A DNA stretch of 64,000 bases, taken from the human T2T-CHM13v2.0 reference genome, Homo sapiens. The notes under the pieces are model-generated. The model saw only the letters and a list, made by a program, of their open reading frames with translations. It was not told where the DNA came from and made no database searches. The stretch lies in assembly GCF_009914755.1 (NCBI RefSeq), contig NC_060926.1; one strand, written 5' to 3'. Below are positions 1 through 18,285 of the stretch, piece after piece. The position numbers and the translations under genes were made by a program. How positions within the stretch are numbered: the stretch's first letter is position 1; each line of letters opens with the position of its first letter.

Positions 1-559
1 GGTATTTTCTCTTCTTTTATGCCCTCTAGTTAAATGAGAAATGTAGAGAGATGGAACTTTGTTGTGTCTAATATGCAAGCCTATAATCTAATAAAATTTA
101 ATTTGAGACTTTTAAACTGAGATTGGTGACACTGACAAAATTATCTAATTAGAAGATCACCAAAACATATCTAATCCAAGAAACTGACATTCAGTGTGAC
201 TGATTAAGGTTCTTAGGACATCTCCTGAGATATCTCTGATAACATATATACTTCTTGCTCTACCTGGAACATGGATGAGCTTTAAGTGTACGCAATGCAA
301 GTTCTACCCATTAGTTTCTAGCAGCCTTGAAGATAAGTATCAGACAGTTTAGTGTTGCCAATAGAATCTTGGAAGCTATGTTTAGCCAGGAGACATTTGG
401 AAAGCTTACTAGCCTTTCTGTACTGATCCTTTCTATGACAGCAAACCCATTGTAAAATTTTCCCTGTTCCTCCAGCAGATTAACCCATAATATCTTTTAA
501 CAACTTTAGATTTTTTAAATTCCTTTTAATTTAAACCAAATCTGCTTAATAGAAAGTAA

Positions 560-865
<306 letters not shown>

Positions 866-1999
866 TGAAAGAGTTTATAATTGCCTTAGTGAATTTTACA
901 TATTGCTCTCAAATTAAATATCAACTAATTGGCCATGTATATCTTGACATCAAATGTTTAGCATCCCTTTTAAATAACAAAAAAATGTTGCTACCATAGT
1001 GCAAAAGAGTCAAAGAATTTATGTACAATTTGATTTAGAATTGAATTTAAATTGCTTATTTATTAGAAGATGATTCTGAATTGTCCTCCAAGGACATTGA
1101 TCTATAGCAAAATTCTGACATATTTTTAAGAACCTTAGAATAGGTTCTTTAGGACATGTCTGTGTTTACTAAACAAATGATAAAATATGCCCAAGTCAGA
1201 TAATTTTGAAATATCACTTGTAAGTACTTGAAGATGGACTATGTAGGGAGGGGACATCATCTGGGGGATTATTATTTTTTGTTTTTGTTTCTTCTACAGT
1301 CTTAGCAATATTAAATTTAGAAATTATTTATTTAATTTTGTTAAAATATATATTAGCATTTACTGGATACATATTGATATTATAATATAGTATACTATAG
1401 TGATAGATTTTAAAGTGGTCTTATACAGAGAGACAAAATGAAGAAAATCACGCAAAAAAGTATATTTATACAAGTATAAAATGCTTATTAAGTTCCCAGC
1501 TTGATAAATGAACATATAAGCAGGTTATATAGAGATTGTAAATAATACGGTCTAAAGTATAATATACAATATTTTTAGGCTCTGAAGTAACCACTATATT
1601 TTCGAATTATATTTCAGGTAGGACTTAACTGAATTAAATGATAAAGTTGGCATATGTTGGCCTCTTATTTTGTATCAGATATTGGACTAAATGGTTTACA
1701 TTAAATCTCTCTCTCTAGATTCCCACAAAACCAGTCTTAAGATATTTACTATAAATTGTCTGTATTTCGCAGTTGGGAAACTGTATCCATGAGAAATTAA
1801 CAGAGAAATGGAAGGTCTGAATGCTGTATCAGACTCTGAAAGCTATTTCAGAGACTATCATAAGCTATGGGCAAAGATCACAGACGCTTAGAGTAGGAAA
1901 GGATAATAATTTTACCTAGTTCAAATTTAGAGCTATGTAAGAATTTCTTCAACATTATTTCTAAAAAAAAGCAGGGTGGTGGGGTGGCAATTGAAACAA

Positions 2000-2500
2000 G
2001 AAAGCCTTTGGAGGTAATATATTGTGATCCAAATTGAATGAGCTTAAGCAAAAATAAAGGGAATTCATTACCTCACTTTACTGAAGCCCATTTGGAACTA
2101 GTTCTAGGTTCTAACCTGGCTAGATTCAGGTTCTCAGCCAGCATCATTGGGAATCAGCTTCTTGTCTCTCTTCTTCCCAATATGTGACCTTCCTCTCTGG
2201 CTGGGCATTTTCCTACTATTGCCAAGATTCTATCAACTTTTATTCTACTAATGTAGCTCCATGTACAGAAAGTTTGTGCCTCCTAACTAGTAGCTTTAAT
2301 TAAGGCCCACAAATTGAATATCATTGACCTGGTTGGAGTTACATGGCCATTTCTAAACCAGTCAGTTACCCTAGCTCTTGGTTTTAATGCCATATTTGCC
2401 TAAATCAGAATCATATCTTATCACTGGAGGCAGAGTAAATGAGTGAAATTATGAAGACAATAATTAGGATACCATTACCAGAAGGAGGATGGATTCTAGA
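2000..2500. mobile_element. Degenerate MaLR (MLT1-like) LTR
   Basis: gcttaagcaaaaataaagggaattcatt...tcattgacctggttggagttacatggccatttctaaacca resembles MLT1; boundaries approximate. Confidence 0.5.
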
Positions 2501-2599
2501 AAGAAATAAACAATAAATAGACAACTCAAGCTGGGGCTGGTCTTACGTGTTAAGGAATGTAGGATCTGTATCTAAGGTGAATTATGGAATAGTAGAAAA

Positions 2600-5500
2600 T
2601 CCATAGGCAGGATACACATTCTTCTCAAATGCCTATAGGATATTCCCTAGGATAAGTTATAGGTTAGGTCATAAAACACACATCAATAAACTTAAAAAAT
2701 TAAAATAATACAGAATATTTTTCTGATAAAAAATAAAATGAAATTAGAAACCAATAACAAGTCAATGTGGAAAATCACAAATATTTGGAAATTAAACAAC
2801 TTGCTCTTAAATAACCAATGAGTCAATAAGATGTCATGAGAGAAATTAGAAAATACTTTAGGATGACTGAAAATCAAAACAAACCAAACTGAAATTAATG
2901 AGGGCAGCTAAAACAATATTTAAAGACAAATTTATACTCTAAATGTCTATAGTAAAATAGGAGATTTCCCAAATTGCTAATTTAAGCTCCTTTTTAAGAA
3001 ACTAGATAAAGAATAGCAAATTAAACCTGAAGTTAACAGAAAAGACAAATATTAAAGAAGAGAAAAACAACAGAGAAAAATCAATAAACCCAAAAGTTAT
3101 TTCTTTGAAAAAATCAACACAATTGACAAATCTTTAGTTGGGCTAACCAAGAAAAAAAGAGGAAAGACACTAATTATTAGAAGTAGGAATGAAGAGAGGA
3201 TATTACCATGGATCTTTTAGAAAGAAAAAGGGAGCATAAGAAATAAAATAAAATTAAACGCCAGCAAACTAGATAACCTATGTGAAATTGAAAAATTCCT
3301 AGGGAGTAACAAGCGCCTGAAACTGACTCAAGAAGTAATAGACTATCTCAATATACTTATAATAAGTAAACATTGAATTCACAATTAAAAAAAAGAAAAC
3401 TTCCCGCCAAAAAAAGCCTGAGCCCAGATAGTATCACTGGTGAATTTTGCCAAATGTTCAATGGAGCGTTAACATCAATCCTTAACAAACTGTTCCAACA
3501 CATAGAAGAGAAGGGAATACTTCTCACCTCACTTTCTGAAGCTAGAATTACCCTGATATTAATGCCAGACAAAAATAATGCAAGAAAAGAACACAGACAC
3601 AAATATAGACCAGCCATATCCCATATGAACATAGGCACAACAATCCTCAACAAAATACTAGAAGCCAAATCACATAACATATTTAGATTTTTAGATTATG
3701 TACTCTGAATAAGTGAAATTTAACCCAGTGATGCAGGGCTGGACCAGCATAAAAAATTAATGTAATATATCATATTAATTTTAAAAAACTATACAATCAT
3801 CTCTATAGATGCTGTAATCACATGGAAAAAGCCAAAGTGTTTCATGATAAAAACACTCAGCAAACTTGAAATAGAAAAGAACTTCAGCCTGATAAACACC
3901 ATCTCAAAAGACCCCACACCTATCATCATTCTTAATAGTTACTTTAGATGCTTTTATCTTCAGGTCAAGAAGAAGGCAAGGATATTTGCTCTTGCTACTT
4001 CTTTTCAATATTGTACTGAAAGTTCTAACCAGGGAAATAAGACAAGAAAAAGAAATTAATGGCATCTAGATTGGAACACAAGAAGTAAATTCTATTAACG
4101 AATACATAATCTTGTATTTAGAAAATCCTATAAAATACACACACACACACACACAGCTGTTAGAACTAATAAATAAGATTGCAGAATACAAGATCAATAT
4201 ACAAAACTCAATTATATTTATAAACACTACTAATGAACAATCAGAAAATAAAATTAGGAAAATTCTATTTATAACAACATGAAAAATAATAAAATACTTA
4301 GGAATAAATTTAATAAAATAAGTGTGAGATTTGTACACTCAAAGCTATAAAATATTGTTGAAAGAAATTAAAGAACTACTAAATAAATGAAAGCACATTT
4401 TATATTCATAGATTAGAGGAAAATATTGTTAAGATGGCAATACTCACCAAATTAATCTACAAATTTAACGCTATTCATATCAAAATCCCAGCTACCTATT
4501 TTGCAGAAAGTGATAAATTGACTATAAATTTTATATGAAAATGCAAGAGACTATATGCCACACAATCTTAACTAGAAAAAAAATAAAGTTGGAGAACTCA
4601 AACTTCCAAATTTTAAAACTTACTACAAAGCAAAAGTAAGCAAGATAGTTTGGTACTGGCATAAGGATAGCTATATACATCAATGGAATAAAATTGAAAT
4701 TCCAACAGTAAGTCTTCATATTTATGTTAAATTAATTTTCAACAAGACCACTAGACAATTTTATTAAGGAAAGAAGCCTTTTCAACAAATGGTGCTTGGA
4801 CAAGTGAATATCCACATATGAAAGAATGGAATTGAACCCTTACTTAATAACATATATAAAAATTAAGATAGGTCATAGGCCTAAAGGTAGAGCTAAAACT
4901 ATGAACTGTTAGAAGGAAATTTAGAAGTAAATCTTCATGACCTATTATTAAGCAATGATTTCTTAGATATGATACCAAAAGCACACACAATAGCAATAAG
5001 AAAAAAAAGGTTCATTGGACTTTATCAAAATTAGAAACTTTCATACTGCAAACAATATCATCAAGTAAAAAGACAACTTAAAGAATGGAAGAAGACATTT
5101 GCAACCCAGATATCTGATCATGATTTGTATCTAATATATGTAAAGGATTATTATAACTCCACAACAAATAAAATAGATAACTCACTAAAAATGATCAAAA
5201 TATTTGAATAGACATATTGAAAAAGGAGTTAGACAAAAGGCCAATAAGCACATAAAAGATGGTCAGCGTCACTGGCTAATTTTAGGGGAAAGGCAAATCA
5301 AAACTAAAATGAGATACCACTTCACACACACTAAGATGGCTATAATCAGAAAGAAAGCCAATACCATTTTTTATCAAGGATGTGGAAAAATTAGAATGGT
5401 TATGCTTTACTTTGAGAATATAAAATGATGCAGTCACTTTGGATAATAATTTAGCTGTTCCCCAAAAAGTTTAGGGTAGAGTTACCACGTGACCTGGCAG

Positions 5501-6010
5501 TTTTACTAATTTCTTCGGATATATATATCTAAGAGAATTAAAAACATATTTCAACATGAATGCTTATAGAATATTATTCATAATACTAAAAATTAAAAAC
5601 AATTCAAATGTCTATCACTTGATGAATGGATAAACAATATCCATCCAATAAATGTTATTCATCCATAAAAAAGAATGAAGTATTGCTACAATCTACAACA
5701 TGAATAAACCTTGAAAATATTATATTAAGTGAACAAAGCCAGTCACAAAATTTACATATCATATTGCTACATTTATATGAAATGTTCATAACAGGCAAAT
5801 CCATAGAGACAGAAAGGAGATGAGTGGTTGCCAGGCAGTAGGGATTAGGGTAAATGGGAGCAACAACTAACTAATGGGTATGCAGCTTCTTTTTAAGGCG
5901 ATGAAAATGTTCTAAAATTCAATAATGGTGATGATTTTACAAGTCTGTGAATATATTACAAGCCACTGAATTGCATACTAATATTTCATAGTATGCATGT
6001 ATCACTATTT
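2600..6010 (+). mobile_element. Old L1M element (decayed ORF2 and 3'UTR)
   Basis: ORF2-like fragments: KSLSPDSITGEFCQ...EARITLILMPDK (3373), MIKTLSKL (3844), QIKTKMRYHFT (5204). The 3'UTR has agagacagaaag...gtggttgccagg. Confidence 0.9.
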
Positions 6011-6169
6011 TTTCTTCCAATCACCTATTGATGGATGTTCAAGTTGATTCCAGATACTTTACCCCCATGTTGCAGTAAATGTTCTTGTATATATCACCTT
6101 TCATAATGCTGTATTAACTTCTAGAAGATAGATTTCCAGGATTGAAGTATTCCCAATATTAAACATATT

Positions 6170-7140
6170 CATGTCACATAAAAATTAGATGATATGCAAC
6201 GAAATAGGGAAATGTGACTCATAGTTAATAGATTAAAGCGGTACATAGAAATAGATCTGGACAGGAACAAATTGTTAGAATAAACAAAAAAGGACTTTGG
6301 AGGCACTATTGTAAATATGTTGAGCAATTTAAAGGAAAAAAAGGGGTCATAAGGAATAAACAGAGAACATGAGCAGAAAAAAATGAAAACTGTAAAAAGG
6401 AATAACTCAGACATTTTATAATTGAAAAGTACACATTCTAATATGAAAAATTCACTGGATGTGTTTAAAACAAAATTGCAGATGTCAGAAGAAATAGTTG
6501 TTAACTTGGAGCACATTAATAGAAATTATCCAATTTGAACACTAGAGAATTAAAAGGAAAAATGAACTGAGTCTAACTATAATATGGGATAATATCAAGT
6601 AGTCTAAATATTTATATAATGGGAGAATCAGAAGGAGAAAATAGAAAGAATGGAACAGAGCAAATATTTGAAGAAACAATGGCCAAAAATTTCCCAAAGT
6701 TGGTGAAAAATAGTAACTTAAAGACCTTAATGTTACCTTATAAAATGTTAGTGAACATCAACAGGATAAATATAAAGTAAGCCATACTTAGGCACATCTT
6801 AGTCATGCTGCTGAAAACAACAATAACAAAAAGCTTTGGAAACAACCGGAAGAAAAATATTTACTATATACATGAGACTAATGTCTTACCAGAAATAATT
6901 CAGGCCAGAAGAAAGTGGCCAGATAAAATAAAGAAATAAAAGCCCATTATTCTACAGAAAGTGAAACTATCCATCAGAAATTAAAATGAAATAAAGAATT
7001 TTAAGATAAACAAAAACCTAAAAAAGCTGTTACCACCAGAACTACACTACAAGAAATGTTAATGGAAGTTCTTTAGGCCGAATAGGAAAAATATCAGATG
7101 GAAATTTGTTTCTGGGAATGATGGTCACTAGATATGAATA
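6170..7140 (+). mobile_element. Old L1M ORF1-region remnant
   Basis: A-rich; aaaaattcactggatg, atatttgaagaaacaatggccaaaaatttcccaaagttgg and ctacaagaaatgttaatggaagttcttt are typical of L1 ORF1. Confidence 0.75.
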
Positions 7141-7179
7141 AATGTGGGTAAATACGAAAGACTATCTTTTTTTCCTTAA

Positions 7180-7445
7180 TTTTTTTCACATTTATTTTAG
7201 GTTCAGGGGTATGTAGACAGCTTTGTTGCATAAATAAATTGTAAATCACAGGGGTTTGGCATACAGATTATTTCATCATCCAGGTAATAAGCATAGTACT
7301 CTATAGATAGTTCTTCAATTCTCATCCTCCTTCCACCCTCCACCCTCAAGTGTCTGTTGTTCCCTTCTTTGTGTTCCTGTGAACTCAATGTTTAGTTCCC
7401 ACTTATAAGTGAGAACATGCAGTATTTGGTTTTCTGTTGCTGTGG
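7180..7445 (-). mobile_element. L1PA (older primate) 3' end fragment
   Basis: cccacttataagtgagaacatgcagtatttggttttctg is the reverse complement of the L1 ORF2 end and 3'UTR. Confidence 0.88.
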
Positions 7446-7525
7446 TAAATTTTTTAAAAAGACAACTGATTGTTTAAAGTGGGGATTTATAACATAGGTA
7501 AGTGTAAAATTATGAAAAGATTTGA

Positions 7526-7827
<302 letters not shown>

Positions 7828-7869
7828 AGAACATTTTATCTAAAGTGTTACAATATTAATTTTACATAG

Positions 7870-9540
<1,671 letters not shown>

Positions 9541-9689
9541 ATGTCCATGAAATTTCAAACAATGGAGACCTACTGAACAAAAAAGAAAAGTCTAGTAATA
9601 TACACATGGGTGAATTTCAATTTGAAGTATTCAAGTAATATTTGGAAAAGTCACTAAGACTGTCAGGTCTCTGAGGTAGCCACCTAGGT

Positions 9690-10660
<971 letters not shown>

Positions 10661-11563
10661 CACAGTGGTGATATTTTTAAGGGAGAGAAGGACTCGGTAA
10701 CTGTTACTTTCTATAAAGAAACGGGAAGTAGCCAGTAGTAGAAAGGTTGGTTAATTGAGAATGAATTCCTTGCAAAGTCCAAAGGAAAACACATAACACA
10801 ATTTGAGAGATTAGCTCAAAACAGGGGCACTTCTTTCATTTTAACAAGAAGAGAAAGGCAAAGCACAGTTACGGATGTAAGTAGTCTAGTAGATAAAGGG
10901 AAACAAAGTTCAGGCTGGCTGACTTTCATCACCTCTAAGACGCTGAAGTACTGAGACTGTGCTTCTCAGATGGGAAGGCATAAGCAAAAATGGCTGAGGT
11001 TATGTGCAGAAGAGAAAGTTTGAAATAGTTTTAGATAATAGAAATGGAGAAAGGAAAATACTGCTTCCCTTTCGCCAACAAAAGGAAATTTTTTTAAGAG
11101 TTCTTACTATCTGTAGAGCTAGCCGTGAGCATGTTTATTACAGCTTACATGACATCTTAGCACCAGTCTCATCTGCAGGGCCAAGGGAGGGGACCAATCC
11201 ATTTGGCTTGGTGATGGAAGCCCGCACTGCTAGGTAATCATTTGGTAAGTTTTTGGAGGGCTAGAAAGATCAGAGACAGAGCCAAACAGTTGATCACAAT
11301 GAGTCAGTTGCACCTTTCATATGAAAATAATATTAATTTTATTGACTTAATCCGTGTACTCTTTATCATTTGATAAACATTATATATAGTGAACAATTAT
11401 TGATTTGAATGCAAAGCATTTGTAGATACTAAGTTGTTGGACCTAAACCAATTTTTTAAAATCAGAATTTAATTTATATTTGTTGGGAGTAAATTAAGTT
11501 GCTCAATAATTATTCGTGTTTCAAGAGTATTTGCTCATATAATGAACTACACTTCTCATTTAG

Positions 11564-11743
<180 letters not shown>

Positions 11744-13648
11744 TAACTGGGAGTGTTCATAAAATGTACTTTGTAATTAATTAGTCTTCATTCTCATCTA
11801 GTAAAAATGGCAAGATTTCCCATCATTATAATATTATTTGAATACACTTCTAAAACAAATTGGATTGCCATACCACCAAATGGTAGTTTCTTCTTCATCA
11901 TAGCTTTAATAAAGTTCACTTAAATGAATAGTCTACACTTCTCTTCTTAGTTATTGAATGGAAGGCTAATAGAGAGGAGGAAACAGGGAGTCACAGATAA
12001 ACTCGAATCACAATTAAACAACACCATAGTCAACTCTCAGTAATCTGAGGTTTGCATAACTGCGTACAAAGCTTCCTTGGGACCTAGGATGAGCTCCCCT
12101 TTCTGCCAGGAACTAAAGAATTATGGAATTGTTCATTGCTCACCTTGTCCCCGTAGAGGAAAGAGTTAAGACAGGGGATAGTGTACAAAGGAGAAGGAGA
12201 AGGATAAGCAAACAGAGCTCCCCATATGACTGCTGCCACATCAGAAAATCACCAAATCACTCTTTGAAAGAGTTAACTGTACTATATTTTGTTAATTTTA
12301 AAGAAAGTATCTTTCTTTGATCTTTTATAAAAACTATTAGATCTTAAAATTCAGAGATAAAATATCACTTGACACATTTCCAGTGAAAGTTTGATATGTT
12401 TTGTTATACTATTACTTTGAGTTGGCTCTAAGTTAGTGATTTATTTTCAAATAACAGAGGCTGTACACGGTTACTAAGGACACGTTCCTATAGATGATTT
12501 ACCTTAGTAGTGATTAGGCTGAAGACTTTTTCATGAAATCTGTTTACAATTTCCCTTTCTGCTTTCAATGTTCAAATTTGAGTTGTAATCCTTAGAACTA
12601 TATTTCCTTCCCTAATCCTCAAAGATAGTTATGAATCTAATTTGAATCTAGAAGGATGCAAAAAACAGAACAAAAATTTAAAATGATAAAACAAGTAATA
12701 TGGGCAAGAACTTAAAAAAATATATTTAGTAAACCTTCATGATAGTGTGATGCAGTTAAGGGAAATAGGAAGCATAGTATCACTAGAATCTTACTTAGTG
12801 TGTCAGGCTCTTTTGCATAAATTATTCTCTGGAATAAATTAAATACTTTGGTGCATGTATTTACTCCTTTGGGTCACTTTGATGCCATTAAATAATGCAC
12901 TACTTTCAGCCTGACATTTACTGAAGCATCAGAAATAAAATGCTGCTGCTCTTTAACCATAAATGGTACTTCAGTGAACTCTAAAGCTAATACAACCAAT
13001 ATGTCAAACACAATGAGAAAGACATTTACACACTACACTGAATTAAGTCTATGAAGATATAAAGGTTAAAAAGAAGCCTAGCGTTTTACTTAAGTTTTTT
13101 TGTATTTGAATATAATATATGTTTAAAATATAGCCTAAAGTTACAGCAAGCTAAAGATATAGCTAGATTAAAACAATCTAAAGACAAAGAAATTAGTTCA
13201 TTTCTGCTTCCACTTTATGTAATTTAAGTGTTGATATTATTCTCACCTGTGCATTTCAGCATATTTAAAGTACACTGAAAACTATATCTGCTTTGGCCTT
13301 TTAAAAATAATGAGAGTTCCTACTTCTCTGAAACTGGATCTCTGCTAATTAACCACCATTAATCTGAAATATCTTAATTCCTTAAGGAGAAACAAAAGTG
13401 TATATTACATATGCTTATGTAGGATACTTGAAAATTTGGTGTATCTTATTAAACTGCCAATTTAAAAACTGTATAATTTAATTATTTCATTTACAGTATG
13501 GACCATTTCAAAATGAAAAAAAGAATGCTCTATGGTAGCAAGTCACTGCTATATTTGTTAGTGATCATTTGACAAATAAATAATTCATCATTCTATAATT
13601 GAGACAGTTACCTGTACATTTGCCCTGTTAATAAAATTACAGATTTTT

Positions 13649-13759
13649 CCCTTCCTGTGTCCATGTGACTAACCTGCACATTGTGCACATGTACCCTAAA
13701 ACTTAAAGTATAATAATAATAAAATAAAATAAAAATAAAAAATAAAAAAATAAAAATAA
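13649..13759 (+). mobile_element. Ultra-short L1PA (L1PA3-like) 3' end with a 20-nt 5' inversion and TSD
   Basis: cccttcctgtgtccatgtga (reverse complement of the L1 3'UTR) + ctaacctgcacattgtgcacatgtaccctaaaacttaaagtataa + A-rich tail. TSD aataaaatt(a/g)cagattttt at 13630-13648 and 13760-13778. Confidence 0.92.
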
Positions 13760-13798
13760 AATAAAATTGCAGATTTTTTTAGAAATGCAGAGCATTAA

Positions 13799-14218
<420 letters not shown>

Positions 14219-14677
14219 TAATGTAATCATTAAAAAGTGTGTTCAACTGAAGAATATTTTGTATTTTTTAAATCAAGGCCACTTCCTATTGTCTATTACT
14301 CATGACTGTAAGAGCCATGTATAGTTTAGACCATTGTAATCCACACAAACCCTTAAACTACCTTTTGAACCAAAGTTATTCTTTCTTTCATTATCCTTCT
14401 TGCTACAAGGAGAGAAACTTTTCTGTTATTTATCTTTCAGTTCTTGTACTAGAGCATGGAAGTGTTACTTAGAACACTCATTTTATTTATAAGTACTAGC
14501 AATAACACCTGAAAACGTTTCAGATTTGGTTTTCTACAAATTTAAAAACTAGCAACAATCTCAGTTTATTAAGAGCTCATGGGGTTTTCGGTGCCTAGAA
14601 ACTATGGTATGAGCAAGTAACATTGTCTCTAAAAACATTAATTGTCATTTCTGCATAAAATTAACCACCCCTAACAC

Positions 14678-16870
14678 CATATATATTTAGGATAGTTAGC
14701 TCTTCTTGTTGCATTGATCCCTTTTACCATTATGTAGTGTCTTTCTTTGTCTTTTTTTAATCTTTGTTGGTTTAAAGTCTGTTTTATCAAAGACTAGGAT
14801 TGCAAACCCTGCTTTTTTTTTTTCTTTCCATTTGCTTGGTAAATATTCCTCCATCCGTTTTTTTTGTGCCTATGTGTGTCTTTGCATGTGAGATGGGTCA
14901 CAGCACACCGATGGGTCTTGACTCTATCCAATTTGCCAGTCTGTGTCTTTTAATTGGGGCATTTAGCCCATTTACATTTAAGGTTAATATTGTTATGTGT
15001 GAATTTGACCCTGTCATTATGATGCTAGCTGGCTATTTTGCTCATTAGCTGCTGCGGTTTTTTCATAATGTTGATGGTCTTAACAATTTGGTATGTTTTT
15101 GCAGTGGCTGGTACTGGTTTTTCCTTGCCATATTTAGTGCTTCCTTCAGGAGCTCTTGTAAGTCAGGCCTGGTGGTGGCAAAATCTCTTGGCATTTGCTT
15201 GTCTGTAAATGATTTTATTTCTCCTTTGCTTATGAAGCTTAGTTTGGCTGGATATGAAATTCTGGGTTGAAAATTCTTTTCTTTAATAATGTTTAATATT
15301 GGCTCCCACTCTCTTCTGGCTTGTAGGGTTTCTGCCGAGAGATCTGCTGTTAGTCTGGTGGGCTTCCCTTTGTGGGTAACCCGACCTTTCTCTCTGGCTG
15401 CCATTAACATTTTTTCCTTCATTTCTACCTTGGTGTATCTGACAATTATGTGTCTTGGGGTTGCTTTTCTCAAGGAGCTTCTTTGTGGTGTTCTCTGTAT
15501 TTCCTGAATTTGAATGTTGGCCTGTCTTGCTAGGTTGGGGAAGTTCTCCTGGTTATCCTGAAGAGTGTTTTCCAACTTGGTTCCATTCTCCCAGTCACTT
15601 TCAGGTACACCAATCAAACTTAGGGTTGGTCTTTTCACATAGTCCCATGTTTCTTGGAGACTTTGTTCGTTCCTTTTCATTCTTTTTTCTCTAATCTTAT
15701 CTTCATGCTTTACAAATTTAACTCAACATGGATTAAAGACTTAAATGTAAGACCTAAAACCATAAAAACCTTAGAAGAAAACCTAGGCAATACCATTCAG
15801 GACATTGGCATGGGCAAAGACTTCATGACTGAAACACCAAAAGCAATGGTAACAGAAGCCAAAATTGACAAATGGGATCTAATTAAACTAAAGAGCTTCT
15901 GCACAGCAAAAGAAACTATCATCAGAGTGAACAGGCAACCTACAGAATGGGAGAAAATTTTTGCAATCTATCCATCTAATATCCAGAATCTACAAAAAAC
16001 TTAAACAAATTTACAAGAAAAACACAACCCTATCAAAAAGTGGGTGAAGGATATGAACAGACACTTCTCAAAAGAAGACATTTATGTGGCCAACAAACAT
16101 ATGAATAAAAGCTCATCATCACTGGTCATTAGAGAAATGCAAATCAAAACCACAATGAGATACCACTTCACGCCAGTTAGAATGGCGATCATTAAAAAGT
16201 CAGGAAACCACAGATGCTGGAGAGGATGTGGAGAAATAGGAATGCTTTTACATTGTTGGTGGGAGTGTAAACTAGTTCAACCATTGTGGAAAACAGTGTG
16301 GCAATTCCTCAAGGATCTAGAACCAGAAATACCATTTGACCCAGGAATCCCATAACTGGGTATATACCCAAAGGGTTATAAATCATTCTGCTATAAAGAT
16401 GCATGCACACGTATGCTTATTGCAGCACTATTCATAATAGCAAAGATTTGGAACCAACCCAAATGCCCATCAATGATAGACTGGATAAAGAAAATGTGGC
16501 ACATATACACCATGAAATACTATGCAGCCATAAAAAAGAGTGAGTTCATGTCCTTTGCAGGGACATGGATGAAGCTGGAAACCATTATTCTCGGCAAACT
16601 AACACAGGAACAGAAAACCAAACACTATATGTTCTCACTCATAAGTGGGAGTTGAACAATGAGAACACATGGACACAGGGAGGGGAACATCACACACTGA
16701 GGCCTGTCGAGGGGTGGGGGGCTAGGGGAGGGAGAGCATTAGGAGAAATAACTAATGTAGATTACGGGTTAATGGATGCAGCAAACCACCATGGCAAGTG
16801 TATATGTATGTAACAAATCTGCATGTTCTACACATGTATCCCAAAACTTAGAGTATAATAATAATTTAAA
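14678..16870. mobile_element. 5'-inverted L1PA (L1PA7-like): minus-strand ORF1 and ORF2 start at 14678-15712, plus-strand ORF2 end and 3'UTR at 15711-16870
   Basis: ORF 15063..15680(-) is the L1 ORF1p C-terminal part; ORFs 15654, 16044 and 16413(+) are ORF2p C-terminal. Degenerate TSD aaaattaacca...aacac at 14657-14677 and 16871-16891. Confidence 0.95.
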
Positions 16871-17345
16871 AAAATTAACCATACCCAACACTAGTGTCCT
16901 GAATCTTGAAGGCATGGAGAAGTTGGGAAGGCATGGGAAGATAAATATAACAAAGTGATATAACATGTACTCAAATAGAATTAAAAATAGGAAGTAACTA
17001 ATATGTGTCCAAAAATATGAAAACAAAGTGCCATGTGTCAAGTTTACAAAATGTAAACCTTGCTTTACAATAGGAAGGTTGATCAGGGAAGTCTTTGTCA
17101 AAGAGTTTGGACCTAAAATATATTTAACTGAGATGTAAGATTTAGCTTGGTAGGAAGAAAGACCATCCCAAACAAGGAAACAAGGTACCCAGTGACTGAG
17201 GGATACAGGACAGTAGACTCTGTGAGAAGTATCAGGCTCTTATGCTTTAAATATGAAGTAATTACACCGAGTTGCTTAATTAGAACCCAAACCAATGGAA
17301 TAGAAAAATGACTACCATAACAAGTAATTTAATGTATATACTCTT

Positions 17346-17740
<395 letters not shown>

Positions 17741-17834
17741 TTATTTTTATTCATTGCCAAATTTCAGCCTCTTCAACATTACTTTTGATAATTCTGATCT
17801 ATTTTTAAAGTAACAAGAAACATAAACAGTGTAC

Positions 17835-18285
17835 AATCTAGAATTATAAACAGTGGCTTAAAACAATAAACACTGATTACTTCATAGTTTCTGTGGGTCA
17901 GGATTTGGGGAATAAGTTAGCTGGGTGGTTCTGGTTTAGGATCAGTCATGAAGTTGCTGTCGAGATGTTAGCTGAGGTTACAGTTATCTTGACTGGGGCT
18001 GGAGGATCAGCTTCTAAGAAGGCTCAATCTCATGATTATTGGAAGGAGGTTTCAGTTCCTTTTTGGCAGTTAGTTGAAGGTCTCAGTTTTTCTCTGCAGG
18101 ACCTTTTCCATAGGACTGTTGAGTGTCCTTATGATATGGCAGCTGGCTTCTTCCAGGGAAGGTGATGTAAGAGAGAAGGCAAGGAGAAAATCCTCTTTAT
18201 GTTCTACTCTTGAAAGTCACTCTTCACCACTTCTGCCATATTGTATTCATTAGAAGCTAGTCACTAAGAAGAGCTCAAGCTACTA
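17835..18285. mobile_element. MaLR MLT1-type LTR
   Basis: agtggcttaaaacaataa...gtttctgtgggtcaggatttggg...cacttctgccatatt; boundaries approximate. Confidence 0.75.

Noticed and set aside
15063-16655. L1 ORF1p and ORF2p-like ORFs as functional proteins
   Set aside because: The element is truncated, inverted and frameshifted, and has no 5'UTR promoter.
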